A stretch of DNA of 64,000 bases from Klebsormidium nitens (lineage: Eukaryota > Plantae > Klebsormidiophyceae), in NCBI GenBank assembly GCA_000708835.1, contig DF237272.1, positions 38,847 through 102,846 of the forward strand, in the 5' to 3' direction. The position numbers and the translations under genes were made by a program. The notes under the pieces are model-generated. The model saw nothing but the letters and a program-made list of their open reading frames with translations. It had not been told where the DNA came from and did not search any database. Of the stretch, positions 50,200-62,986 are shown piece after piece (the first letter of the stretch is position 1; every line of letters begins with the position of its first letter).

Positions 50200-52606
50200 A
50201 TGACTTCCCTCCTCAAATCGCGCCTGGGCTCTGTGCCCACCCGCTCACTGTCAGTCACACGAAAGGCCTCCTCTTTCCCACCACCTGTCCATCAGCCCGT
50301 TTTTCTGCTTCATCGCCCAAAGGCTCAGAACTGGATCCCGTCAGGGCCGGCTCTTCAAAGATCGATGCTACCTGCTGCGAGAGCACCGGCGCAGTCCCTC
50401 ACTCAAAAGTTTGCAAGAGACAGCGTACGGCAATGGGCGGCGCAGCCGATGGGAGGAGTGGCAAGCGAGAGAAGCACTCAAAAGTTGCGCACGTTGGGCG
50501 CCACCACCGAGTCGTTCCTCCGGCAGACTGCGCAGGGTGCACCGCAGTCTGCTCCCTCCAACACAGCGCAATTGCCGCCTCTGGACACCCCTCTCACAGC
50601 ACCGCAGCAGACTCTCCCTCCCAAACCCCAATCCTCGCAGAGTCGCAGTTTCACAACCACAGCAAGCCCCTCACTCGCTCCCGCCGTTCCTGCCAACGTG
50701 CACAAACCTGCCGCCAAGGATCCGAGGCAGGTTCTGATTGACGGCAGTCCACTGACGCCAGTGGATGAGCTCGTGGTTGCTGCGCACATGGCGAGGCTGA
50801 GCAACATCTGCTATGTCCCTGAGCCTCAGGAACAGCTGGAGGAGCTGGGGCTGAAACTAGTGGCGAAGGGGAAAACGTATTTTACTGCGTGGTACATAGC
50901 AGACGGTCCGGATCTGTCCAAAGTCCAGGAGAAAGCGCCGTTGGGGAGCGTAGGAGCTCACGCCTTGAGCGGTCAAGTCCGGGAAGGAGAGGGAAGCGAA
51001 GGTGGGGCGAGGTCTGGGGATGGGAGCGCAGAAAGGGGGCAGAATCCGGGGCGCAGAATACGGTACATCTTGACACATGGTGTCAGATGGGGGGCTGCCG
51101 ACCTAGATTCTGGTCGGATGTGGCATCAGATCATGAATTGCTGGCCCGTTGACTTTCCCCCTCCCACCACCCCGAACAGAAGTGCGACGTCTAGCGAGGG
51201 GCTGAAAAGCAGTGCAGGTTCGCCCCCCCAGGAAGGACTTGTCGCACACCAAGGCGTCCTAGAAATAGCGGAAGAGGTGTACAGCGGAGTACAGCCGTGG
51301 CTTGGAGGGGTAGAGAAGGGGGAAGTCTCCGCCATCCGTTTCGGGGGCCACTCCTTGGGGGGCTCGGTGGCCATTCTTCTGATGCTGCTCGCAAAGTCGA
51401 GGCACGTGCTAGCGCCCGGCCAGGTGTCGGCGCACGCGTATGGCGCTCCTGCGGCCCTTGCTCGCAGAAGCGTCGCTGAGAAGAAGGGAAGGGCAGCGCA
51501 CTCTTCTCGGGCACCCCCTAGATCAAGCACCAATGGCGCGCCAGCTTTTGTCCCCTCCCCCGCCTCTGAGGCAGACCAAAATGGTCATTCGCCCAAAACA
51601 GTCAACGGCTTCTCACTTAGAGATTCATCGGCCGGCCACTCTCTAGAGAACACGCGTCACTGCCCCGTCTTGCACGAAATAGGTCTACCAGCTGATGCGG
51701 TGCGGTCAATCGTCCTCGACAAAGACATGGTCCCTCGAATGTTCCTAGCAGCCGACCCCTCTTACGGGCTCCTGCTGAAAAGCCCGCTCGTGCGGGGGCT
51801 GCTGGACTTGCGGGAACGGGTTTGGGGCCCAGGCGCACTGACGCAGGAGCGGTTCCTGTTTGCGAATGTGGGGCTGGTGCACTACATCAAGACCGTTGGT
51901 AAGGTTCCTCAAGCACGTGCAAGGTCAGACAGGTCGTGTCGCTCTCGTGCTTCGAGACAGGGCCCGAAAGTCGTCTTAGTGGTGAAAGTCGTCTTGGATG
52001 TTAGGCTCTGTTTGCACTGGAGTGGCCCATTCGGATTGAGCGAAAGTGGAGTGCAACAATGAATACAGACGGAGTATGCTCCTTATCTCCTCGCGGCATC
52101 TTTCGAATCTTGCTTCGCTTATGGGGTACCTTATCTTTATGCTGTCTTGGGGCACCGATGTTCCGTCTTGCTGAAGCCACAAACGCCGAAAGCAAACAAG
52201 CCGCTTTTAGACATGACAACCTCGCATCTTCTTAAAGTAGACTCGTAAAACACATCACGTATCTGTCCATCTCGCAAGCCAGGGCGATGATTGCGGATGA
52301 TCCGGGTTTGTCCTGAACGTTTCAAATAACCACATCTAGGTTGTCCGCATCATCAGATTGCTTTCCGTCATCCGATCCCAAAACCGCTGCCTGCGTACAG
52401 GGTCCGAAGTTCTGGTCCGGACCCTGACGTCCGAGCAGGCGAACGAGGGGCTGCGGCTGACGGTGGACGACTTCGTGCGGCAGCCGTTGGATGCGGTCAA
52501 GGCGCTGTTCGATCATCATAGAGGACACTACTCGCAGGATCTAGAGGCGGCGGCAGCTGCCGCAAAATATAGAAGCAGGCAGCAACAGAAGAGCGGTACC
52601 CATTGA
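50200..52606 (+). CDS. Class 3 lipase (alpha/beta hydrolase), resembling plant plastid PLIP-type lipases, 2 exons, about 634 aa
   Basis: Exons 50200-51898 and 52401-52606 are joined in phase. Nucleophile elbow GHSLGG, upstream AHQGVLE, DKDMVPRMF (catalytic Asp region) and a C-terminal DHH. Long Ser/Pro-rich transit-like N-terminus. Confidence 0.85.
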
Positions 52607-54001
52607 TTATTCATTGATTGATTGTCTCTGAGGTTTGCATGTTTGTATTGGTTTATTACCTGGATTAGGTGCCTGCGGGCAAAGGTGTTAGTCCAAGGAG
52701 GGGTTTTGTAAAGAAGCAGAATATTTGTTGCCTTACTTGAAGACATTTGATAACTAGTGGAGGTACAAAGTCGAGATGCATATGTGTAGTGAATGGTTGT
52801 TCCGGTGAGCTTGGATAGGAACATTGCGTCCAGGTAGGTTGATTGTAAGGTTGATTGTAGACGAATCGAGATCGAAATGTTTAGACAGACTATAACTTAG
52901 GTACTTCAGAATCCGACGATTGTGGCGGTGAGTATTGACAGACCTGTACAGCTTCTCAGTTGTAATATCGTGCACAATGCTGGCCCAACTTTGTATAGCC
53001 CAGACAACTCTGTGGTATGTGCTCAGCTAGGTAGCTGCAGCTCATGCAATCACCCCGCTCACGTTTAGATTGGAACTTGCGATAAAACGTGTGTATTGCA
53101 ACAGGCATGTGCAGTGGCCGTCCTAAAATTGCACGCGATCGCACATGCCAGATCACTAGCAGTGGAGTGTCGGATGCAAATATCAATGTTGACTGATATA
53201 AATACATTCTCTAACGCGGCCGATCTTTCACTTATGCGCACATATATTGGTGTCGGATCTTTAAGGTTCGGATCATTGCATGTCGGTCGAGTCGACCACC
53301 CATGGGCTATAGCATGGAATGACTTGGCTCGGCCGGCCGGCCGTTGCACGCAACATATAATGATACCGCACATGATGGGCGGCATATGTGCACATGATAT
53401 TGCCTCCGCAGCTATAGTCCTGCTATAATCAATACATGCGCGCGACGGAACAGACCATTGATATATGCCATGGCATCATGGTCACGCGCGTTGCATTTCT
53501 CTGATGCGCGCAGCGTCGGGTCGAAGATTTTGCATGTCCTCTTCCCGTGCTGGTAGCGCACCATGTATGACATGATAACAAAGGATCTTCACAGGCGACT
53601 GCCAATTTCGATGCCACAGGCCAGTAGCGGCGTCTGATGGCATGCGTACTTGAAATTAAAGTTCCATGTCTCCCTGCTTGATCAAAATGTCATGGGCGGA
53701 ACTGATGCGCACCGTTCGGGTCTGAGTCCCCTTTGCTTAAAGCACTGCAAAGGGCTGCCAAGAGAGCAGCGACTAACCTCAGCGGAGCACTGACTGACAA
53801 CGTGTCTCTCGCAAGGCGTATCAAAAAGGTTGTATCGCTCACAGTAAGAGGGTGTCTGGACCAATAGCTACTGATCCAGGCACGAATGATTAGTGGGAAT
53901 CGGATTCAACATTCTATCAAGAATCTCTATGTTGTGCATCAAAGGAACAGATGCTCGCATACTGCCTCACCAACTAAACGTCGCTCATCTTCATCTAACC
54001 A

Positions 54002-56306
54002 TCACTCTAACGGCCTGTACTCTGGCAGATCAGGGTCCGGTCCCCTTGGCTTTGGCCGCGGCGCGAGGGCCAGAACCACCCCACCCAGAGCAAAGATAAC
54101 GAGGCCCAAGCAGTTGGCTAGAATGGTCTCGGTGCTCCTCCTGCCAATTGCACCCCCTGACTGGAGGAACGTCAGCTTTTCTAGGATACCCTGGGAAGCG
54201 GTCGTCAGCGCCAGGATGTAGATGAAGATCCCCAGAGAAGCGTGGTATGGGAGGAACCAGGAGCGGGTCGGGGGGGCGGCCCCGGGGTACCAGAAAGTGT
54301 AACACCCTCCGAGCCACTGCAGAAGTGTATGGACGATAAGCGGATGCAGCGGATAAAGTTCGTCTGAGTCAATTACGAGTTACAATCAGTCGAGATTGGG
54401 TTAACATGGATCAGAACGAGGGTAGGGTGTGAAACTGATGCATCTTCCAGTCTGCATGATTGGAAATGAAGTTCCCGGACCAGCAGGAAGGCCGTTTCGA
54501 ACCGGTACCGGCTAGCAACGGTGTAAATGAGAAGACAAAGAAAGGGCCCTGAAAGATTTCTGTCTGGTCAGGATACGAATATATGAGACGAAGTTGGCTG
54601 CGACCTACGAGACCGGCTTGTTTCTATGTCAAGCTGTATGCACCGACAAAGACGTCAACCTCAACCTAACTCGGAAATGAATCAATCATTTGAAAGGACT
54701 GAGTGAAGGAGTGGTCTTGAAAGGGAACGAACTTGAAATTGCTAGTAAGGGAGGTTTGAATGACGAAAGCTGGGAACTCTGAAGGTGGTGATTTTCATTG
54801 TATCCGATGGCGCAGATCACATCATCTCAGACATCATCAACGAATGATAAGTCGAACTGAAAGAACTCATTTGATCTGAACAATGATCTCTCATCAAATC
54901 AAAGCACAAATGTCAAATAGACATAATGAGATACGGAGCGTCGTAATGCGGTACGGGTCAGACAGGAAAGCCTTGTGAAAAGAGGACCATTTTATGAAGA
55001 AAAGACGGGCAGATTGAAAGCCTTCGGGAAGAGAGAAACTTGATCTCAGCCAAATAATTGCTGGCCTTCGATGACATCTACAGAGTCCAAACGGTGTTCA
55101 ATAGTCCCGCTAATACGGCATTCTGTTGTCTTGCTGAAGGATGGACCTGGTGAAGAGATCGTAACAACTGGAGACACGATTTTCATCAACCAACAAGATG
55201 AATGGTTTGCCAACTCTTTTTGATCAGAGCGTGCTTCAGTCTCTTACAATCTACAGCCGTGGATTCCCGCTTTGCCTCACCTGGAGGGCAAACAGGCTGT
55301 ACGTTGTGACCCCAAACCAGCTGTGCAGGCTGTAGAGGTTGTCGATGGGGGGCTTGCTCTCATTGTGGAATCTAAACGCAGCTGTGATCCCAACAGCAGC
55401 AATGATGAGCGCCACCAGTTGGACTGTGAGGTGGATCGCTTTCTTCAGCTGGTGCGTCCCAGGGAAGAGACGGTAAGCCAGGACGCCTGCATATGAAAGC
55501 GAGACATCAGGGAGGGTAAGACAACCTAGCTCACAAGGGCCTCCATGACTTTGAGTCACTGTTCATTGGCAACTGCCTACTACAAAAGAGACGTTACATC
55601 TGGGATGCTTTACCACAAAGTCAGACAACTTGCTTTTGAACTGCCCCTCGGAAATCTGATTCAAGGGGCTTTTCAACGGTCGGAGTCAGCCAGTTTGACA
55701 CAGACTGCATTTGCGCAGCTTATGAGTGGAGGAATAAGTCAAGGGACGCACCTTCGCTGGCTAAGAAGACGAATGCCGTCACCATCAGGATGGGGTGCCA
55801 CTGCAGAAAGTTTGTAACAGTTTGAGCAAATTCAATACACATGTTGTGTATAGGACGTAGGTCTCCTTTAGTGCTTCTTCAAAGAGAGGCACGGACTCTT
55901 GCACTGATGTCGCAAGGTTTAGCATCTGCTTTGCAAGTTTTTACAGACAATTTCTTCTCAGGCTGGAATACATTATCATATCATTTGCTTAATTGCATCG
56001 TAGGAAATCAGGTCAGCCGAGTGTCAGGAGCAGCAGTCAACCATGGAATGCTGTAAGGTGAATACTTGCAAGGTGACAAACTTTGGTGCAAAGGCAATTG
56101 CAATTGGTGTGCCTCTTCATTACATGAACAGGACAATCCTAGCTTACATTGAAGATGAGCCCCTTGTTTTCAATGGACCAAGCCAGCCCTCCTCTAAAAT
56201 GAACACTCCACACAATCACCAGCAGGAGGGAAAGGATTCCTAGGACCTGAACGGACACCTCTCCAATCTTTGTGAGCAGGTCTTTCTCCTGACCAGCTTG
56301 CGCCAT
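54002..56306 (-). CDS. CYB561: Cytochrome b561 (transmembrane ascorbate-dependent reductase), 4 exons, about 242 aa
   Basis: Phase-consistent exons: 56306-56148, 55800-55752, 55486-55281, 54316-54002. Motifs: FNWHPILM, KKAIHLTVQ, NLYSLHSWFG, PYHASLG (four haem-ligand His). Six hydrophobic segments. An upstream in-frame ATG near 56420 is possible. Confidence 0.93.
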
Positions 56307-56688
56307 CTTGGCTCCTAATCGCGGGTGTAAAAGGGCGTGCGAAGTGCCCGGGGAAGAAGAGACAAGCAATGCAGTCTGTGAAGCGGCAGGAGCTCGTCTG
56401 TGGACCTCCAATCCAATTGGCATTATGGAACTTGCCCGGAGCTAGAATAAGTAGGGAAGGACGAGCTCAGCTGCCGTCTTGGTCATGCTGACGCCGACGG
56501 CCATTGGCATACAGGTACCTAGGCCCAGGGGACGGCTGCCAGTGCAGGGGAGCTGGAGCTGGGCAGAGCCATGATCGAAACTTCCAAGCTTGGAAGTCAA
56601 GTCGCAAGTCTGCTTGATCGGGATCAAATCTTGACCGTTCAGAGTTGGTTGATCTCACTTGCTTCATTGGACGAGAGGCGTTTTGGAT

Positions 56689-56698
56689 GCCACGTGGC
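56689..56698. promoter_or_regulatory. Palindromic G-box (GCCACGTGGC) in the divergent spacer between the cytochrome b561 and MAP65-like genes
   Basis: Perfect 10-bp palindrome matching the plant bZIP G-box/ABRE consensus, about 390 bp upstream of the cytochrome b561 ATG. Function is untested. Confidence 0.45.
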
Positions 56699-57332
56699 TG
56701 CAGTAACGCCCTCGATTGCGTTTAAATTCAAATCATGAAGCAACATGTAGCTATGGGTTCGTACCTACCGTACTGGCCAACCCCATTCGCACAACCCCCT
56801 TACGAATAATTATTTTTTCCACTTTTTGATTTCGCACCGGGCGTTTGACAGTTCTCAGGTTTTCGCAGCAGGGGTATTATAACTTATATGTGCTAGAAAG
56901 GCCATTTCCCAGCCAATCTGGCGGAGAATCTGATTCACCGAAATTATTTTCTAGTTTCGCGAGTTCGCACCTGGTCTTCGAGAATATCTGGAATTTTTCG
57001 CACAGGGGTGAATATAATTATTTTTGGTGCGAATGGGGTTGGCCAGTACGGTATCTGAGTTTGAGCACAGTCACCAGTGCTCAGGGCGGCCGCCGAAGCA
57101 AGCAAGCAAGCGGAGCAAAGAAGCGGATGAGGAAGAAAGAAACTTGAAGGCCTACCTATCCTAGGTACGCGAGAGCTCTGCTTGGTGTTGAATCTGCATG
57201 GTGAACGGGCCGACTTAAAGATTGGGACATCATTGACCTAGAGTATATTAGCTGTATGTGCCTGTGCTTGTAAGTGGGTTTTGTGCACCAATTTGTCTGA
57301 AGATCGAAATTCAGCAGCGTCAATCTGGCACA

Positions 57333-59694
57333 ATGCGGACGTGGAGGGACGCAGCGCTGCACCTCTTTCTGCAAGAGAAAGACAGGTGAGTTGAAGATAC
57401 TGTTCCTGTGCCAATATTGATTCCTGTGACCAGTTTTGGCTAAATTAGATTCTTGGAGCTTGAGAACAGCACTTACAAGTTACAGCCAGTCTCTGGAAGC
57501 TCAAGTGGCAGAAGGAACATGGTAGGACCAAGATCAGGTCAGTTTGAACTGGAAATGCTGCTTCTTCTTCGACTGTTGTTGAGTAGGCGTTACTTGCACA
57601 GCGATGTCAATGGCACCAAAAGCTGTGATTAATAGAGTTCAATGGTCGCTGTCTGACCATCAGGAATAATATGCACCAGATTTCTCTTGGACTACTTTGA
57701 CAGGTCTATTGCGCAGCGGAGAAGCAAGCACAAGGTCGCAATTCTGGCCGCTGCAGCAGCCCGGAAAGAGTCAGCCCAGCAGAAGGAAGTCAGCAATCTA
57801 GTCAGAGATCTCATCCAGGTTGTGCAAGAGTTAGAGGGCCCACGGTTAGACAAGCGGCTTAGCGCAGAAACAAGCATCTTTTTGCATCAGGAACCGCTTC
57901 CTGTGGAATATAGTGATGGAGAAACAAAGCTTGAGGCCCAAACTTATCCACGCGCCGAGGCTTCTTCACAAGGCGCTGTAGGGGGCCAATCGCTCCCGCA
58001 GCCTGATTTGCTCTCACTGGATGACGACTGGTTGGACCAGGAGAACTTCGCACATGTGGAAGAGTCGTGGCTCCTCGACACCAGGATTGAGAGCAGCTCA
58101 AAGGTCGAGGATGCGCCAGAGGGCCGTGACAAAAAGCGATGCAGGGAGGTCGGGAAGCAAGAAGTGGTCGACCAAGATGTCCTGCTTGAAGCGGCTGGTG
58201 TTGGTCCTGATGGCAGATTAGCTGAAGAAGAGCCGAGACTCCATGCTAGCGCCATTGCGAGCGGTTCGAACGGCACCCAGCAGCTGCTAGAGTCGGCGAG
58301 AAGTGCCATTGTCGCCTATCGAAAGAGTGGTGGAGGTGGTCTGCAAGAGCTAAGGACTGTTGGCAATGCTTTGGAGAAGCTGAAAGTGATCCGTCTCGCT
58401 GAATTGTGGCTCCTAAGTAGACGAGTCAGCGAGTTGCAAGCAAGAGTTCTGCAGTGGAGGAAGAGTAGGGCAACCAAAAAGGACATGGAGGCAACAGCTG
58501 CAGGGGCTAGGATACAGTCGCCTGAAGGAGAAGCTTCTTGCGGCACGGGGTATCCTGTGTCGGCGCCAGGGGCAGCGTTCATGACAGAAGACTTTGGCGA
58601 TGCAGAGAAAGAAGGCTCGCCTGGCTGGCTGAGTCTTGATCAGATTGACGAGCTTAGGCGGAGAGTGCTCAGGCTGGAGGTGGTACTGGGTGCCACGTGT
58701 CAGGAGATGAGTGGCCGTCTGGGGGCTTTGTGGGACCAGCTTCGAGTGCCGCCAAAGCGCAGGGCTGCTTTTGAGGCAGAGCAGAAGGGACCGAATACCC
58801 TCGCGCGATACGACTGCTTGGAGCAGCAACTCGTCCAGGCGCAAGCTCAGGTAAAGACGCTTCTTCAAAAGCACGTGTTGAAGTTTACACAAGTCCAAAT
58901 CTATTGCGAGGTTTGATTCTCTCCGTGACTGTTCCTCTTTCTTGCTGCTGGGACTATCTGAAGGTGGACCTGAACGTCCAAGAGCAAGTCCTATATCCTT
59001 GCCTTTCGCCAGTGCTTTTCGGCCCCAAGGTTCCGAGTCATTGAAGATCCGAGTATGGGTCAGTCGCAGAAGTCAAGCAGGGTTCAAATTGCATCTCGAG
59101 ACACCCGTCAGGCCCTTGAAATGACTTGAGTGAAGCGGATGACTCGCTTCTATTCCTTTTCCTTGGGTGGCTCTCCATTTTGACGACAAATTCCGAACAA
59201 CGTTGCTGAGAAGCTACACTTAGGCTGACGCTTCTTTAACTGCTTCGCAGGTGAAGCTGCTGCAGCCAGTCATTCTCCTGTGCCAACAGCGGGACGACCT
59301 GGGCCGCCAGCTCGAATCGCAGGCTGCCACGTGTCGAGAGGCGTCGAAGCACCTGCTGTCCCGAAAAGCGGACGGCGCCTCCGCCCTTCGGTTGGCGGAA
59401 GCGGAACGGAAACGTCTCCTGAGGCAGCAGTCGACGGTTCAGAAGCAGATCGGGGAAGCCATCGGGGAGTGGGAGAAATCGACCGGGGGGAGGATTGGTG
59501 CAGATCTCGTCGGTCCGTGGAAGGATGAGCACGGCTTGGAAGGAATGCAGAAAGAGGCGGTAGGATGTGTCGGGCGCAGAAAGGGGTCGGGGTTCACCAA
59601 GAAGGGCTCCGTAACTGTGACCAGATCAGAGCACGCCTGCGCTTCGGTTGGGAAAGAGACGGTTCTTGCTCCAGTGCCTGCAAACATAGTCTAG
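57333..59694 (+). CDS. Coiled-coil protein whose C-terminal half resembles MAP65/Ase1/PRC1 microtubule bundlers, 3 exons, about 547 aa; 5' end uncertain
   Basis: Phase-consistent exons: 57333-57385, 57704-58850, 59251-59694. Segments RLGALWDQLRVPPKRRAAF and ASKHLLSRKADGASALRLAEAERKRLLRQ...IGEWEKSTG resemble the MAP65/PRC1 core. Confidence 0.55.
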
Positions 59695-61210
59695 CTAGTA
59701 ACAGGATAGCGCGGTCTAAGGGCGATGTACATTGTTGAAGCCCGTTTCAGTTGTTTTAGCCAAATGAAATGCAAGCGGACGTGCCGCTGATTCATAACAG
59801 AGCTTAAATGGCCGGTGTGGCCGTACAGACCGTGACATGTTTGTCCACCGGGCTTGCCATTAGATTCGCATCCGGAAGGGTGCATGCACTTGATGGATTA
59901 TGAGTGCAAACCCGCGCCTAGCTCACGTATGATGCCACGGGCGCGCATGAATTGACTGGCACACGCCGGCAGTTCGTTCATATATTCATACTAAGAATTG
60001 AAGACGTACGCGCGACTATATATGCATGCGGCTACATAGATCCCACATACACATAAATAATTACCCTGTGTTTAACGTAGGCGGGCAGCAACGCTCGCGG
60101 TGCGTCAGAGCGCTAAGAATCATGCGAGTCCCAACGCTCTGCAAAAGTATGATACGATTGTTGAGCATCGAACCGAACTTCAGTTTATGAATCCAATCAA
60201 ACGCATGTCCGTCTCATGCAGTATATCTGTAGATCTATAGCCACCATGATAGGTAGGAAATTGGAATGAGAATCTTCGCGGGCCCATCACAACCCTAGCA
60301 GCCAGTCTTCCAGCAATGATTGCCTGAGTCTTCATGTGATGCACGAGCCGCCACGCACGGTGTGTGCGAGACGGCATTGTCACGTGAAGTGCTGGACCCT
60401 GCTTGATGTTCTTTACCGTCAAATGCAAGGTTGATGTTTGACGACAACTTGTTACTCGTGATTCGGGCTCCGTTTCTTTCCGCACTTAAACAGCTTCGTG
60501 CTCGAGGCCGCACCAAACAGCCCAACAGAAAAGGTCCCCTCAGTGCCGCCTGCCCGGTTTTTACCCTGGCCACGAAATTGACATACATTTTATCTATATT
60601 TCGAAATCTGTTTAAGTGCTATACACCAGATTTCCATAACTCGGTTTCAGATTTGATTAGCCCATTACGCCCGCAGATTTTTGTTGAGTTAACCGCTGAA
60701 CACCATGAGTAAGGAAGCCAATCTACAAATCAAAGTCTAGAAGGAGGCTTCAAACCGAAGAATTTATTGGACGGATATGCTGATCTTCTCCGTTCAATAC
60801 GAACCTTTCTTTATGCTCACCGCATCTGCGGCCCTGATTCGATGGTTGATACAGTTCGGTACCTGGAAGGAGCAAGAACCGTCGTGACAAATCATTCGCT
60901 CGTTTGGGCAGGTAAACCAATGCCCGGCGTATCTGCTGTGAAATTTACTAGAAAGCGCCTCTAGCTTTACGGAGAATGTATCTGAACTGCAGCTTCAGTT
61001 TGAAATGGGAAAAGACGGAATGTATGTCTGATGATGAACCAAGTCCAATATAGCATAGGGTTCTTGACAGGCTGTTTGAACGAAACTGTTACCACAAGCG
61101 CTCTGAAATGGTTCCGAGCTTCTGCTTCCTTTCACTCTGTGGCTGCGAGAGTTGATAGAATTCACCAAGTCTTCGTTCTTGTCATTGCTCACAGCACCGT
61201 TCGCCGTCAA

Positions 61211-61292
61211 ATTGAAACTGGAATGTTTTGATGAGAGTCATGTTACGTCATATTGAAAGCTGGAATTTCTGATGAGAGTCATGTTATGTCAT
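61211..61292. repeat. 41-bp tandem duplication, 2 copies
   Basis: attgaaactggaatgttttgatgagagtcatgttacgtcat is followed directly by attgaaagctggaatttctgatgagagtcatgttatgtcat. Confidence 0.9.
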
Positions 61293-61502
61293 GGATATTG
61301 CGGTACTTCCAGATCTGCAAAACGCACAGTACCTCTCTATGCCAGTTAAGCACTATTCCCAATTGGAGCATTTTACGGACCGACCATCCGGAAAATGAAG
61401 CGAGGCAAGTAGTGTTAGAAGTATTTGCGCTTCTAACAAGTAGATTACACGAATGACATGTTCTTGCCTTACCAAGAGGTTTTGAGTCCATTTCAATGTT
61501 TG

Positions 61503-62257
61503 CTACTTCTCATCATTATGACCGTCACTCTCGCCCACTAATTCAAGTCTCCCGGTCAGGGTCCCGGTCGTTCCATCGAAGTCGTCGCAGCGCAGGTGAA
61601 GCTCCACAGCGACCGAAGCCCCTTTCCCCCGGGCAAGATCAGCGATTCTAACTTTCCTGGGGGGTTCCATTTTCCCAGTTCCAAAACCCCCCTGATCCTT
61701 CAGACGGCGCTTGGTGGGCGGCTTCAGTTCTTGGCGGAATTTCGCCAGGTTCTCGCAGGCTTTCACGGACGCGGCACGCCGGGCAAACAGCGGTCGGTTC
61801 TCTGCCCCTAGCACGACTTTCCCTTTTCCCCCTAGAAAACCCCCCGACCCCTTGTCTTTGCCCTTCTCCCGCCGAAATTCCGCCGGAACGCTCTTCTCCT
61901 GCCACTGCGAGAAGAACTCCATGTCGAGCTCGCCAAGCCCAGCAGCCGCATAATCCTCCTTGTCAGTCCAGCAATATTGCCAGTGAATCACCTTGCCTTC
62001 GTTCAGCGCCACTCGCTTCATGTTCCCCCGGTCCTGCCACGCGCGCAGCGCGCGCGCGACGTTCCGCTCCGCGAGTGGGTTCTCGAAGTTGAGCCGCAGG
62101 CCGTGCCTGGCAGCGCGCGCTTCACCTCGTCCAGCGTAGCGCGGCCGCGCGCGCGCACGATGTGCACCACGGCGACCAGCAGCTCTGGCATCAGGTCTCC
62201 GAGGTCGCCATCCTCTGGGCACGCGCTTTCGGCCTCATCTTGCGCGGTGGGAGCCAT
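61503..62257 (-). pseudogene. Hypothetical gene (about 251 aa if repaired, possible winged-helix-like N-terminal region) broken by an apparent 1-bp deletion near 62110
   Basis: Frame A from ATG 62257 (MAPTAQ...LDEVKRAL) and frame B to stop 61503 (RHGLRLNFENPLAERNVARALRAWQDRG...) are both GC3-biased. The span is 755 nt, one base short of a multiple of three. Pseudogene versus sequencing error cannot be resolved here. Confidence 0.5.
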
Positions 62258-62986
62258 TGAGACGACGGAAAGAGGTGCTGACGGGCAGCAGTGTGCGCTT
62301 TCGAGGTTCGGCACACCAAAGGCAGCTTTTCAAAAATGCGACGCAGGTATCTCTGGCTTTGAAGAGCATCTGTCTTCTTTAGAGGCGCCCCATACTGTCA
62401 AAAGGCAAAATAAGAATCTTCTACTGACACCTACGCATCAACAACAGTGTAAGACGCACCTCTAAGTACCTAAAAAAAAGTTCAGGAAGAATGGACTTCG
62501 TGGGCTGGCCCAGGGAGCGCCTTCGTTGAGTCGTTCAGCCCTGACAGGACTAAACCGTATGACAAGATTGCGGCAGACTTTAATCAAGAGGTTAACAAGC
62601 TGACGAACGGATGCATGCGCACGCCTCACTGCCGAGGGTGTACGGAAACTGCAGCGATCCGTAAAGACAGAGTCTCCCAAGTCATCCAGAAACGATGACA
62701 AGCTCAAGATTGATTCAGATAAGAGCAGCACGCTTGAGTGAGTCGTGGCGTGCATTGCAGAGCTTCTGGCCGGTACTTCTTGAGACCTAACTTAAGAATT
62801 GCTGTCTCTTCCTATCGAAGTTCAAGCTTTCGAATCTTGTGTGGCTAGTCGAAGCGCAACAATCTACTCACGACAAGCGGCGCCCTTCTGTGGCATACCT
62901 GGCGACCTCAGGAGACGAAAAGCCGTCAGAAAAGCGCCCAGATCAAACTCGTAAAAAAGAGCAGCCCTATCCTCCACGCGCCCAAC

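Noticed and set aside
11983-52850. TGTAA (chlorophyte-type polyadenylation signal) downstream of several plus-strand stop codons
   Set aside because: A 5-mer is expected about once per kb, so the occurrences are not distinguishable from chance without poly(A) site data.
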